From Candidatus Latescibacterota bacterium (lineage in GTDB: Bacteria; Latescibacterota; UBA2968; UBA8231): DNA of 64,000 nucleotides. This document shows positions 48,220 to 57,568 of this stretch, piece by piece. Below the pieces are notes generated by a model. The model worked only from the letters and a program-made list of their open reading frames with translations, made no database searches and was not told where the DNA came from. The stretch covers positions 2,752,001 through 2,816,000 of the forward strand of contig CBDFJF010000002.1 of assembly GCA_965248265.1 (NCBI GenBank), given 5' to 3'. How positions within the stretch are numbered: the stretch's first letter is position 1; the number at the start of each line of letters is the position of its first letter. Position numbers and translations under genes: made by a program.

Positions 48220-49939
48220 CGCATAGTGAGGATAAACAGCATTATCGGTAGTCAGTCAAGGTGTTTTGGGCTTTTTCGATTGCGTTGAGGGCCGTGCTTT
48301 TGCGTTGATCGTGGTGCGGTGAACGATGGGGCAGCGGATAGGGTGCCCGGATCAGCGCTTGCGGGCGCAGCGGCAGCTGTCAGCGAGAGATGGGGACGCA
48401 GCGCTGTCTGGGGTGGGGCTCAGGCGGCAAAGTCGAACTCGTGTTGGGATCGGGCCGTGCCGGAGCGATGGGCGGCGCGCGCGACGGCAGGCCGACACCC
48501 TCCAGGTAGCGCTGGATCGAGCCGGGCTCGGTGAGGGCGGCGACAATCCTCATGTGGCCGCCGCAAGCGGGGCACACGGTAACGTCTATTCGAAAAACTC
48601 TCCGGAGGAGGTCAGCCCAGGCCAGGCGGTGCCGGCGTTGGGCGGGGGTGGGCTCCGCAGTATGCGTACAGGGGTTCGCTTCGGGGGCCCCTTCCTTCGG
48701 GCTCGGTACGATCCGTGCCCGGTCGGCGGCGTTGGGTGCCAGGACGCCGTGATAGCGCACCAGGTTGAGGCGCCGCGGCGGTACCAGGGCGGCCAGTTTC
48801 TCAATCAATTCTTGCGGCGAGAGTTCAATTCGATAAGTGCCGTCGGACCAGACCGTTTTCAGGTCAAAGGCCACTCTCTCGGCATCCAGGATCTGCAGTC
48901 GGCCCGCTGCCAGCGGCGGTCGATTGACGTAGCGGCACAGCCTTTCCAGGCGGGTGCGATCGGCGGCCTGCACGCGGGTGGCCGCATGCAGGGAGAAACC
49001 GCGCGCGGCGAAGCACAACGGACCGGTGCGGATGCCCTGTTGGGGATCGAGCAGACGCCGGCGCACGGGCTGGCCGGCGCGCTCGCCGGTGGCTACCTGG
49101 CCCTGGATCGAAGCCGCCGTGATCGTGGCCAGCAGCGGCTCCTGCTCCATGAGCAGATCGGTATTGCTCTCTTCCAACAGGCCGCGCCGTTGCAGCAGGA
49201 GCACCACCCGTTGGGCCGTGGTCTCGACGATCTGTTGCACGTCGTCGTCGCTCAGTGGTGGCGCCGGCACGAATTCCGGACCGTCCTCGCCGTCGACGTA
49301 GACACTGTCGATCATGAGGACATGGTTGTGGGGATTGAGGTTTAAAGCAGAACCGAATCGCTGCACGAAGGTGACTGAGCCGCAGCGACTGTCTTCATAA
49401 CCCTGCTCCCGTGCCTGACGACGATACCAGCCGTAGACGACACGCAGGAAGACGGCCAGCACCGCCCCGACCAGCTCTTTGTCCCATGCCAGGCGATAGC
49501 GGATCTCGTACGGCAGGCTGAGCACCCACTGCCGCACCGGTACCTGAGGCAGGACCTCGTCGGTGAGTCGGGCGGCGGTGTCCGCCATCCGTCGTCCCAT
49601 ACAACTCGGGCAGAAGGAACGTCGTTGGCACGAGAACGCGACGACGCGATCCTTGCAGCAGTCCTTGCACCGCACCCGCAGAAACCCGTGAGCGAGAATT
49701 CCGCACCGGAGATAGGCGTGCAGCTCGTCCTCGACGTGGATCGGCAGCTGCCGATCCGAGGTGCGGGTGCGCTCGATGAAGGTCTCCATGTGCTCGGCCA
49801 GCACCTGGTAGAGGGGGTCTGTCTCGGGTGTGCGGGCAGGCTCGCCAGCGACGCAGACACATCTTCCCCGGTGTAACAACTGCTACTCGCAAAATGGCTC
49901 GGGTGTCAGAATTCTTCGGGCATGGCATGCCGCCGCATA
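48220..49939 (-). mobile_element. Near-complete IS91/ISCR-family rolling-circle element
   Basis: oriIS hairpin GATAA-N6-TTATC at left; palindromic ggcatggcatgcc terIS candidate at right; CGCATA at both boundaries; no terminal IRs. Confidence 0.85.
48380..49879 (-). CDS. IS91-family HUH transposase
   Basis: Zn-binding CG...C..C...SC..R.FCPSC, NPHNH (HUH), LCRYVNRP, RYHG, C-terminal CPACGG; start uncertain. Confidence 0.93.
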   Translation of the reverse strand: MLHRGRCVCVAGEPARTPETDPLYQVLAEHMETFIERTRTSDRQLPIHVEDELHAYLRCGILAHGFLRVRCKDCCKDRVVAFSCQRRSFCPSCMGRRMADTAARLTDEVLPQVPVRQWVLSLPYEIRYRLAWDKELVGAVLAVFLRVVYGWYRRQAREQGYEDSRCGSVTFVQRFGSALNLNPHNHVLMIDSVYVDGEDGPEFVPAPPLSDDDVQQIVETTAQRVVLLLQRRGLLEESNTDLLMEQEPLLATITAASIQGQVATGERAGQPVRRRLLDPQQGIRTGPLCFAARGFSLHAATRVQAADRTRLERLCRYVNRPPLAAGRLQILDAERVAFDLKTVWSDGTYRIELSPQELIEKLAALVPPRRLNLVRYHGVLAPNAADRARIVPSPKEGAPEANPCTHTAEPTPAQRRHRLAWADLLRRVFRIDVTVCPACGGHMRIVAALTEPGSIQRYLEGVGLPSRAPPIAPARPDPNTSSTLPPEPHPRQRCVPISR

Positions 49940-50039
49940 AGCGAAACTGCGCTTGCCTACGGCGAATCAACCGATGGCGGATGCACGTGGGGTAAGCCGA
50001 TCGTGATCGGCGTTTGGGGAAGATGGCAGGATGAGGGGT

Positions 50040-50237
50040 ACAGTTGAAGATGCCATCAAGGTATCTCGGGGGTTGGAGGAGCTGGATTACCTATGGATCG
50101 AGGAGCCTTTGCAGGAGTTCGACATTCGAGATACCATGGAGATCAGGGACGGTTATATGTACGTGCCACAGACGCCCGGGTTGGGACGAGAGATAGACTG
50201 GGAGCAGATTGAGGCCAGGACCATTATGAGGATATGA
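50040..50237 (+). pseudogene. Internally deleted 3' fragment of the mandelate racemase paralog
   Basis: Matches 6902-6984 joined to about 7289-7402. Confidence 0.85.
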
Positions 50238-50240
50238 AAT

Positions 50241-51245
50241 CTACAGTTCCTCAACCCCCACGAACCTGCCTGTGCCACGACTGCTGACAGCTGCCTCTAC
50301 CAACGCAAGAGTGTGAATCGCATCAGCATAGTGGGAGCGAACCAAGGATCGTTCGCCGGTCTCGATGGCGCGCAACCAGGCGCCGGCCTTATCCAAGCCC
50401 AGGCTGTTCTCTTTGGGTACTGACTCGTCCAACTCCTGTCCATTGAGGTAGCCGATAATGCGGTCCTGGGTCATGTTCGCGTGCAGCCGCAGGTGAGGTC
50501 CGATAACATCGAGATCGAAGCTGAATTCTTCGGTGCCGCAGTGATTGGTGTGTGTGCCGAAGACGCCGTTGTCGAGCGCGTAGGTCATCTGGATGGCGTT
50601 CTCGGCGTCGAATTCGGTGCGATCCAGCGCCATGTTCTTGACCGCCAGCGCATGGGCTTGAACCGGTTTGGGATTGCGCAGGACGAAACGGACACAGTCG
50701 AGCAGGTGGATGGCCTGCTCGGCAATGGGACCACCGCTGATCTGCTGCTGTAGAAACCACGGCGCCATCCCGAAGCTCAGGTAGTAACCGACTGTACAGA
50801 CGGTGTTGACCAGATGGACGGTCTCGTTTGCCAGCAGATCTTTCAGCCTTTCGTAGAGCGGGACATATCGCAATTGAAAACCAACAGCAGCGATTACGCC
50901 GGCTTTTTCGATTTGCTCCAGACAGGCCCGTCCGTCAGCCATGTTCAGCGCAGGCGGCTTTTCGATCATCAGGTGGACACCCCGTTCACAAGCCATACGT
51001 ACCGGCTCAAGACGGACGGGAGGAGGCGCAGTGATTATCAATCCATCGATCTCGTGCGCGAACAATGTGTCGAGTTCATCCGTGGCGATCTGCGCACCGA
51101 CTTGTGTCGCCAGTTGCTGTGCGGCTTCCAGGCGGCTGCTGTGAACGGCGACGACCTGCGCCCCATGGGCAGCAACGGCTCCGCCAAGTTTGCGCCCCAT
51201 GTTGCCAGCGCCAACGATTCCGATCTTTAAAGCATTCTGGTTCAT
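50241..51245 (-). CDS. Gfo/Idh/MocA family oxidoreductase
   Basis: IVGAGNMG, IEKP, GFQLRY, EQAIH..D. Confidence 0.9.
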   Translation of the reverse strand: MNQNALKIGIVGAGNMGRKLGGAVAAHGAQVVAVHSSRLEAAQQLATQVGAQIATDELDTLFAHEIDGLIITAPPPVRLEPVRMACERGVHLMIEKPPALNMADGRACLEQIEKAGVIAAVGFQLRYVPLYERLKDLLANETVHLVNTVCTVGYYLSFGMAPWFLQQQISGGPIAEQAIHLLDCVRFVLRNPKPVQAHALAVKNMALDRTEFDAENAIQMTYALDNGVFGTHTNHCGTEEFSFDLDVIGPHLRLHANMTQDRIIGYLNGQELDESVPKENSLGLDKAGAWLRAIETGERSLVRSHYADAIHTLALVEAAVSSRGTGRFVGVEEL

Positions 51246-51258
51246 TGACAGCCCTCCT

Positions 51259-52212
51259 TTAGCCTGATGGGCAGCCTGCAAGTTTCGCAATGAGCCAATC
51301 ATAAGCGGACTTTCTCGCTTCAATCGGGAAGCTGTGACCTCCATCAAATTCGTACTTGGCTAAATCGTTGCCCTTGCCGTAGAGATCATAGAGTTCTTGG
51401 GCTTCTGAGTGAGCTGTTCGCTTGATCGTCACCATTTCCTCGGAGCCACCGATGTGATCCTGGATCCCAAACACTTCGAAGAATGGCCGCGGAGCCAGCA
51501 CCTTGAGGAGTTCCGCGTATCGAACACCATAGGGCGCATCGTCTCCGTTTAACGCCACCATGCCGCCACCGCTGATGACAGCCGCAGCAATCCGTTCATC
51601 GTGAGGCATGGTCCGCAGGACGGTGTCCGCGCCAAGGGAATGGCCAATGACTCCGATGCGCTGAGGGTCGACGCCGTCATACTGGCTGAGCACATCCATC
51701 GCCCTTATAGCATCATAAGCTGGTTTCCACCTGATTGAACCCCAGGTCCCGCCAGGGGCTGTGCAGCAGGCATCCGGGCTGTTTTCGAGGATTGAGGCGG
51801 TCTGCCAGCGCTCACGCAATTGTGGATCGAATCGCTCTCCAACTTTGTTGGCGTCCGGAGCAAGAACCACGAACCCCTCGCGTACCAGTTCGAAACCGTA
51901 AGCCTGGTCCGGCCAATGAGGGCACCTTCCGACGACCTGGTCCTTTCCGAGGTCACACTCCCAGGCACATTGGTGAAGTGCAAGAACTGCCGGCAGCTTT
52001 CCTTCTGGTCTTGACCTTGGCACAAGCAAGTATGCCGGCACGCGCTCGCCCTGCTCCGCATCATAGAACAGTTTGATCTCGGTGTGAGTGCGATATTCCT
52101 TTTGCGCGACCTCTTCAATATTCAGATGGCCTCGATCAGGGAATGGCCCACACCATTTTTGGATCTTTCCTAGAAGCTCCGCTCGCATTCGTGCATGTTC
52201 TTCCGTTTTCAT
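51259..52212 (-). CDS. Alpha/beta hydrolase (dienelactone hydrolase-like)
   Basis: VPAYLLVP, GHSLG, QD, GGH. Confidence 0.85.
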   Translation of the reverse strand: MKTEEHARMRAELLGKIQKWCGPFPDRGHLNIEEVAQKEYRTHTEIKLFYDAEQGERVPAYLLVPRSRPEGKLPAVLALHQCAWECDLGKDQVVGRCPHWPDQAYGFELVREGFVVLAPDANKVGERFDPQLRERWQTASILENSPDACCTAPGGTWGSIRWKPAYDAIRAMDVLSQYDGVDPQRIGVIGHSLGADTVLRTMPHDERIAAAVISGGGMVALNGDDAPYGVRYAELLKVLAPRPFFEVFGIQDHIGGSEEMVTIKRTAHSEAQELYDLYGKGNDLAKYEFDGGHSFPIEARKSAYDWLIAKLAGCPSG

Positions 52213-52235
52213 TGTGTCACCGTCACGTCAGACGT

Positions 52236-52859
52236 TTACTGGACGCTCGCAGGCCAGGCGGGCCAATATTGCACCAGCCGTCCGTCCACGAACTGGAAGG
52301 TGCCGCGAAAGGATCGCTGGTGGGTTCCTATATGCCAATGGCACTGCTCGACCTCAAGCATTCTGGGCGTGAGCACAACTTCGAGGGGTTTGACGGCTTC
52401 GGTTGGCACGGCACGTAGAAACTCAACCGTGGTCTGCACGTCTGGCTCCAAGTCTGCTGCCGCAGACTTCGTGTCTTCCGAGCTGGAGATAAATCTGGCA
52501 CCGAGTTTGACGACCCTGTCTCCGGTGCGCAAGCCCGCTGCTTCGGCAGGACCATCCGGCAGGACGAGCAAAAGAGTGCCTGCCTGCTCAGGATCCCACC
52601 ACACACCCAATTTGGGCTGGTCTGCCGTGACGGATTCGCAATCTGATGGGGGCCCACCCAGGATCCACGAAACGTCCGATTGTGTTCGCCAAACACCTTT
52701 GACCATGTCTGTCGACACCCATGCGCCGAACATAGCGTCGAACTGCTGATAGCGGTTTGCGGTACAGCCGGAGTGGGCGAGACAGAGTAATGCCGCAATG
52801 AGTCTCATCTGAGGGCCGTGCTTGTCCCAGATGCGGTCGACGGATATCAGCTCGGGCAT
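52236..52859 (-). CDS. PDZ-domain protein, possibly a lipoprotein
   Basis: V.PDGPAEAAGLRTGDRVV; true start may be MRLIAALL. Confidence 0.6.
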   Translation of the reverse strand: MPELISVDRIWDKHGPQMRLIAALLCLAHSGCTANRYQQFDAMFGAWVSTDMVKGVWRTQSDVSWILGGPPSDCESVTADQPKLGVWWDPEQAGTLLLVLPDGPAEAAGLRTGDRVVKLGARFISSSEDTKSAAADLEPDVQTTVEFLRAVPTEAVKPLEVVLTPRMLEVEQCHWHIGTHQRSFRGTFQFVDGRLVQYWPAWPASVQ

Positions 52860-53084
52860 GGCTCGGCCTCTCCAGATAGTTGCTCAACAAGCTTTCACGG
52901 CGACATCTAAAGGCCTAATCTCAGGCTTTCGCAGCCGTGGATGCCAGAGATAAATGGTAGCGATGTGCATGTGTGAAGGACAGGGACCACCTCGTAACAG
53001 CGTCCGGTGGTCCATCCAAGTACTGCCCGATGTGGACCCATCGACGCTGTTCGCATACCGGGTGTGATACCCTACTGAAAGGAG

Positions 53085-53556
53085 TGCACGATGCCCATTC
53101 CCAAGCCTGGTTCTGGATGTAGCGTTCGATGGGGAAGATGCTGAGGGCGTGTTTGCCCTGTGCGAGCGTTTACCCGAATTGCGCCTGATGCTCGAGCACA
53201 CCGCCGGCGTCCCCGTAGACGGCAACGCGCCCGATGGCCAATGGGTCGAACATATGCATCAAGCCGCAACTTATTCGCAGGTCTGGATGAAGGTTTCGGC
53301 TATGATGGAGCACAGCACCGTACAGCCAGCGCCTGCGGATGTCGCGTTCTACACACCGACGCTGGATGCACTCTGGGAGATCTTCGGGAAAGAGCGCATG
53401 GCGTACGCCAGCAACTGGCCGGTCTGCGAGCGCTCAGGAACCTATGCGCAGTGTATGGCTATCGTTCGGTCCTATTTTGCCGATAAGAGCGAGGACGCAC
53501 GAGAAAAATTCTTCTGGAAAAACTCGCAGAAGATCTATCGGTGGAGGGAACGATAA
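53085..53556 (+). pseudogene. Amidohydrolase-2 family, 5'-truncated
   Basis: LEH, VWMKVS, YASNWP, FFWKN; N-terminal half absent. Confidence 0.65.
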
Positions 53557-53560
53557 GCCC

Positions 53561-54406
53561 ATGATCAACTTCTTCAGATCCGCCTTCACCTGGAAGGACC
53601 ATCCCTGGCGACCGGATCCAACCTACAAATGGAAGGGCGGTTTCGTGGGCGAAGCCGGGGAAGTCTACCATGTCCGCTTCAATCTGCAGTCGCGCTGCCA
53701 GGTGGTGGAAGACGCGACCGGTAGCTCCGCCGAGTTCTTTCTTGGCTCGCCGTGCCGGAGCGAATATACCATTGCCAGGCGAAACCTGTTCCAGGTTCCC
53801 AGCAACGAATACCGGATGGTATTCAGTCGAAAATCCAGCGTGCTAATCGCGAGAAGGCCAAGCAATGAGTCAGAGCGATCGATCACATCGCTGGCCGAAG
53901 ATTTACAGGATTACACGATTGACATCCGCACCTATGACGAATCAGAAGATCTTACGACCGATCAAGCCATCGTCGACGCAGCCCTCAACAACGATGTTAT
54001 GAGCGCGTTTTCGACCTATCGAGATCGAGGATTCACCGTGACCGTCGAGTATCCGGTCAACCTGATCAACGTCAACGCCGAGACACCGCAGTTCCAGGTC
54101 TGTACGGGCCCTGTCTTGCTGCCTGATCTGGTTACGTGGAACGGTGAGGAAGTGGAGCGGGTCTTTGTCGCCGATGCGGCCATCTCCGCAATGGACTGGG
54201 TCGAATTCATCCTGCGCCGCGAAGTCGAGGCCGCACCTGAAGAGCGTGCATGGCTGGATCAGCCGCGCGGTCGCGATCGCCTGGAACTGGTTGATCCCAA
54301 CAACATCCCACCGGGTTATCCCCCGGCTCGCCCCAAGCCGCTCGTATTCAACGAGACCTGGGAGATGGAAGCCACCAACGTGATAAGGCGGGCATTGAAT
54401 GCCTGA
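53561..54406 (+). CDS. Hypothetical protein
   Basis: ATG just after the upstream stop; overlaps the next start; operon-like. Confidence 0.65.
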   Translation: MINFFRSAFTWKDHPWRPDPTYKWKGGFVGEAGEVYHVRFNLQSRCQVVEDATGSSAEFFLGSPCRSEYTIARRNLFQVPSNEYRMVFSRKSSVLIARRPSNESERSITSLAEDLQDYTIDIRTYDESEDLTTDQAIVDAALNNDVMSAFSTYRDRGFTVTVEYPVNLINVNAETPQFQVCTGPVLLPDLVTWNGEEVERVFVADAAISAMDWVEFILRREVEAAPEERAWLDQPRGRDRLELVDPNNIPPGYPPARPKPLVFNETWEMEATNVIRRALNA

Positions 54407-55511
54407 ACCGACAACCGTGTTCAGAGTAGGTCTGGTCGGCTGCGGCGGTATGGGTAGATCGCACCTGCGGTCGATTCGCGACGATTTGCCCGAATTCGAG
54501 ATCGCCTCGGTGTGCGACTTCTATCCGGCGGCCATCGAAGAAACACGGAAACAGTTCGAGGTCAGCGCGACCTACGACGATTTCGAGAACATGTATGACG
54601 CTGAGGATCTGGATCTCGTCGTCGTGGCGACGCAGACCCGCGGGCATTGCGCACCGACCGTGGCGGCGCTGGCGCGTGGCATCACGGTTCTGTGCGAGAA
54701 GCCGATTGCCATCGATCTGGTCGAGGCGGACGAGATGGTCGAAGCGGCCGCGAAATCGAGCAGTTGCCTGGCGATCAATCAGCAGAACCACGTCAGCCAG
54801 GCGATCCGCAAGGCGCAAGAGCTTGTGCGGCAGGGCACGATCGGCGAGCCTGTCCTGATCCGTGGCCTCAACAAGGGCGGCCGCAAAAGCGGCAACGAGT
54901 TCACGGAGATGGGCACCCATGTGACGGACCAGATGCTGTGTCTCGGCGGGACCGTCGAGTGGTGCTCGGGAACCCTCTATTGCGGGGAACGCCTGGCCGG
55001 AGTCGACGACATCATGGAGGCTACGACGATGTCACCGAAGGACCGGGACTCCGGATTGGTGATGGGCGAGCGCGCCGTCGGCCACTACGGGTTCGGTGGT
55101 GGCGTGTTGGGGGAAATACAGTTTCTGGGGTATGAAACGGGGTACAACCCCAACTACGGGGTGGATGTCCTCGGGACGGAGGGACAGCTGGGTGTGCGCT
55201 CAGCCAATGAGGCAGGCTTGTGGCATCTGCCGCGTCCGATGTCGGGCAGTCCGGGTGATTTCGGTGACTGGCAGAGGGTGGAAATCGGGGATGTGTCACC
55301 TGGCGTCCGTATCTCCACCATGTACCGCGAGCTCATGCAGGCGCACGCTGAGGGCGTCGACCCCTCGGCCAGCGGTGACAATGGCCGCACGGCGTTCGAG
55401 ATGATCCTGGGCCTGTACGAGTCGCACCGTGCAGGCGGTCAACGTATATCCCTGCCGCTCAGCCAACGGCATCATCCACTGGAACGCTGGCGCGCGGAGG
55501 ATGGGAGTTAA
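54399..55511 (+). CDS. Gfo/Idh/MocA family oxidoreductase
   Basis: LVGCGGMG, LCEKP, MGTH..D. Confidence 0.9.
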   Translation: MPEPTTVFRVGLVGCGGMGRSHLRSIRDDLPEFEIASVCDFYPAAIEETRKQFEVSATYDDFENMYDAEDLDLVVVATQTRGHCAPTVAALARGITVLCEKPIAIDLVEADEMVEAAAKSSSCLAINQQNHVSQAIRKAQELVRQGTIGEPVLIRGLNKGGRKSGNEFTEMGTHVTDQMLCLGGTVEWCSGTLYCGERLAGVDDIMEATTMSPKDRDSGLVMGERAVGHYGFGGGVLGEIQFLGYETGYNPNYGVDVLGTEGQLGVRSANEAGLWHLPRPMSGSPGDFGDWQRVEIGDVSPGVRISTMYRELMQAHAEGVDPSASGDNGRTAFEMILGLYESHRAGGQRISLPLSQRHHPLERWRAEDGS

Positions 55512-55527
55512 TCACGGTTATCTCGGG

Positions 55528-56286
55528 CTACTCGACCATCGCCTCCCGGATGCTCTCGAGCTCGGCGTCGTTCAGGCCGATCGCCCGTACGTAGCCTTCA
55601 ATGCCACCGTGTCGCTCCTGCAGATCCTGGAGCAGGTTGAGCATTATCCCGGGTGGGCAGATCTGTTTCTCGAATTCCTGCCAGGTTATGTCGTCGGCTG
55701 AGATGTCAGGATTGTCGTCAAGGTGGCGTGCCAGCAGGAATCGACCGCTGAGGGTGTAGTCCTCGACGATGGTCTCTTCGGGGACTCCCGCGATTCCGAG
55801 TAACAACGCGGCGATCATACCCGTTCTGTCGGTGCCGGCCGAGCAGTGAAAGAGCGCCGGCAGCGAATCAGGGAGAGCCAGCAGTGACAGCGTTTCGCGC
55901 AGCTGTGACCGCCTGTTGTCGAGGATGATCGGGTACGCCAGACGCTTCATCTCAGCCATCTCCGCTGACTTCGGCCTGTCCCTGAGTTCTCGCAGTTGCA
56001 CATCTCCGGTCATGTTCTGATGGTAGTAGGTTACCTGGTCGGAGGCGAAGAAGGGATTGCTCAGCGTCTGCAGCTCCTCGCTCTTGCGCAAGTCGATGAC
56101 CGTGCGAAGGCCATAGTCCAGAAACGGCTGCAGTGAGCTCGCAGAGGTCAATCGGTGCAGGGAATCGGAGCGCAGCAGCCGGCCCCAGCGGGTAAATCTT
56201 CCGTCTTCAGTCGCATAGCCGCCCAGATCCCTGGTGTTGTAGGTCCCCGGAATTGGCAACCGGCGTTTCGGATGCACGTCAGTCAT
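55528..56286 (-). CDS. Protein tyrosine/serine phosphatase (IphP/PtpB-like)
   Basis: NTRDLGG, IDLR, HCSAGTDRTG, DY.LS. Confidence 0.9.
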   Translation of the reverse strand: MTDVHPKRRLPIPGTYNTRDLGGYATEDGRFTRWGRLLRSDSLHRLTSASSLQPFLDYGLRTVIDLRKSEELQTLSNPFFASDQVTYYHQNMTGDVQLRELRDRPKSAEMAEMKRLAYPIILDNRRSQLRETLSLLALPDSLPALFHCSAGTDRTGMIAALLLGIAGVPEETIVEDYTLSGRFLLARHLDDNPDISADDITWQEFEKQICPPGIMLNLLQDLQERHGGIEGYVRAIGLNDAELESIREAMVE

Positions 56287-56311
56287 TAGGCAACCTTCCC
56301 GATGTAAGTTT

Positions 56312-57385
56312 TCAGTCCCGCCAGAGTACGACACCCATGTGATAGCGTTGGTGCATGGGAATGCGTTGACAATAATAAGCGGTGAGAATGGTGCCGTCCG
56401 CCAACTGCACGCAGGACGGGTAGCCCCCATCCGTACCCTTGCTGCTGGTGTTTGACTCGTGGGCAGGCGTGTTGAACAGTACGCGCGGAGCATCCCAGGT
56501 GATGCCCTCATCGCGACTGATGCTGGCGTAGACACCGAGCATGCCCCGCAAGCGCACTCCGTAGGTGAGCAAGATCGACTCGTCCTGAAGCTGCAGAAGA
56601 TGGGCCGGCATATGTCGGTCAGGCGTTACCGGACCGCGACAGATCCATGATTGCCCGCCATCGACTGAGACAAAGATTTCGGTTTTGGCGGTTCTCGCCG
56701 TCCGGCATGCAGCCAGCAGCTTGCCGTCGCTTAGGACCAGCAGGTTGGTTTCGTTGTAGCGCTCGCCAATAAGCCGGGCATCGCCCCAGGTTCGCCCGTC
56801 GTCGTCGCTGAAGTAGATCCAGGCACTGTCGCCGTTCTCGTCCGCATCGTCGGGTGACGAATAGCATGAAACGGCCAGGCGATTTCCCGGCAACGTCACG
56901 ATATTTCCGAAGAGAAAGAGTTTGCTGGTTTCAGGGGCAAACACCTTGCTTTCGTGGGTCCAGGTGGTGCCGCCATCTTCAGACCTGGAGACAATAGGTG
57001 CTAGAAAGGGTTGGTAGGGTACTGGCTTCGAGGGTCGTACTCCCTTTGGGGAGATGTTACTCCTGCCGCTGCACACGACGACCAATGCACCGTCGTGTGT
57101 CAAACCCGCCGCCAAATTACCGCGAGCGGTGCCCTTTGCGTTGGGGACCGGCACGCTCAAGAATGACCAGCTTCTGCCTCCGTCCTGGCTGCGCCAGCAT
57201 TCCGCCTCGCCTTCCCACAGCAGGTGACAGGGCTCGCCGAAGACGGCGGCGACGATGCCGCCATCGGGCATAAGGGTGAGATTCGGCCAGGCGCACTTGT
57301 TGTCGATGGCTACGTATCGTTCGAGAATGTCCACGGTTTTCCTCTCGCTGTCGTGTATGGTGAGGATTAAGGCCTTATTCGGCAC
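56312..57385 (-). CDS. Sialidase-family (BNR/Asp-box) protein
   Basis: Five S.D.G.TW/SW boxes; AWP, GYP motifs. Confidence 0.85.
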   Translation of the reverse strand: MPNKALILTIHDSERKTVDILERYVAIDNKCAWPNLTLMPDGGIVAAVFGEPCHLLWEGEAECWRSQDGGRSWSFLSVPVPNAKGTARGNLAAGLTHDGALVVVCSGRSNISPKGVRPSKPVPYQPFLAPIVSRSEDGGTTWTHESKVFAPETSKLFLFGNIVTLPGNRLAVSCYSSPDDADENGDSAWIYFSDDDGRTWGDARLIGERYNETNLLVLSDGKLLAACRTARTAKTEIFVSVDGGQSWICRGPVTPDRHMPAHLLQLQDESILLTYGVRLRGMLGVYASISRDEGITWDAPRVLFNTPAHESNTSSKGTDGGYPSCVQLADGTILTAYYCQRIPMHQRYHMGVVLWRD

Positions 57386-57568
57386 TGGGTCAAGCGAACA
57401 GGCACCGGTCCTTACCGGTCAGACGGGTTCGCTGGTTGTGACAGGTTGCAAACTGGACGAACATTTCGAGAATACACGACGGTATTCGCGGGGGATGCTA
57501 ACGAGGAGGGTGCATCTCGCCGAGACTGAGTTGAAGGAATAAGGCAATCGCCGAGAGGCAGACTATCG

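Noticed and set aside
5319-49939. CRISPR array or integron (attC) interpretation of the dispersed repeats
   Set aside because: Repeats are kilobases apart and contiguous with IS91 transposase 3' ends. No cas or intI gene, and no attC-like RYYYAAC/GTTRRRY arrangement was recognised.
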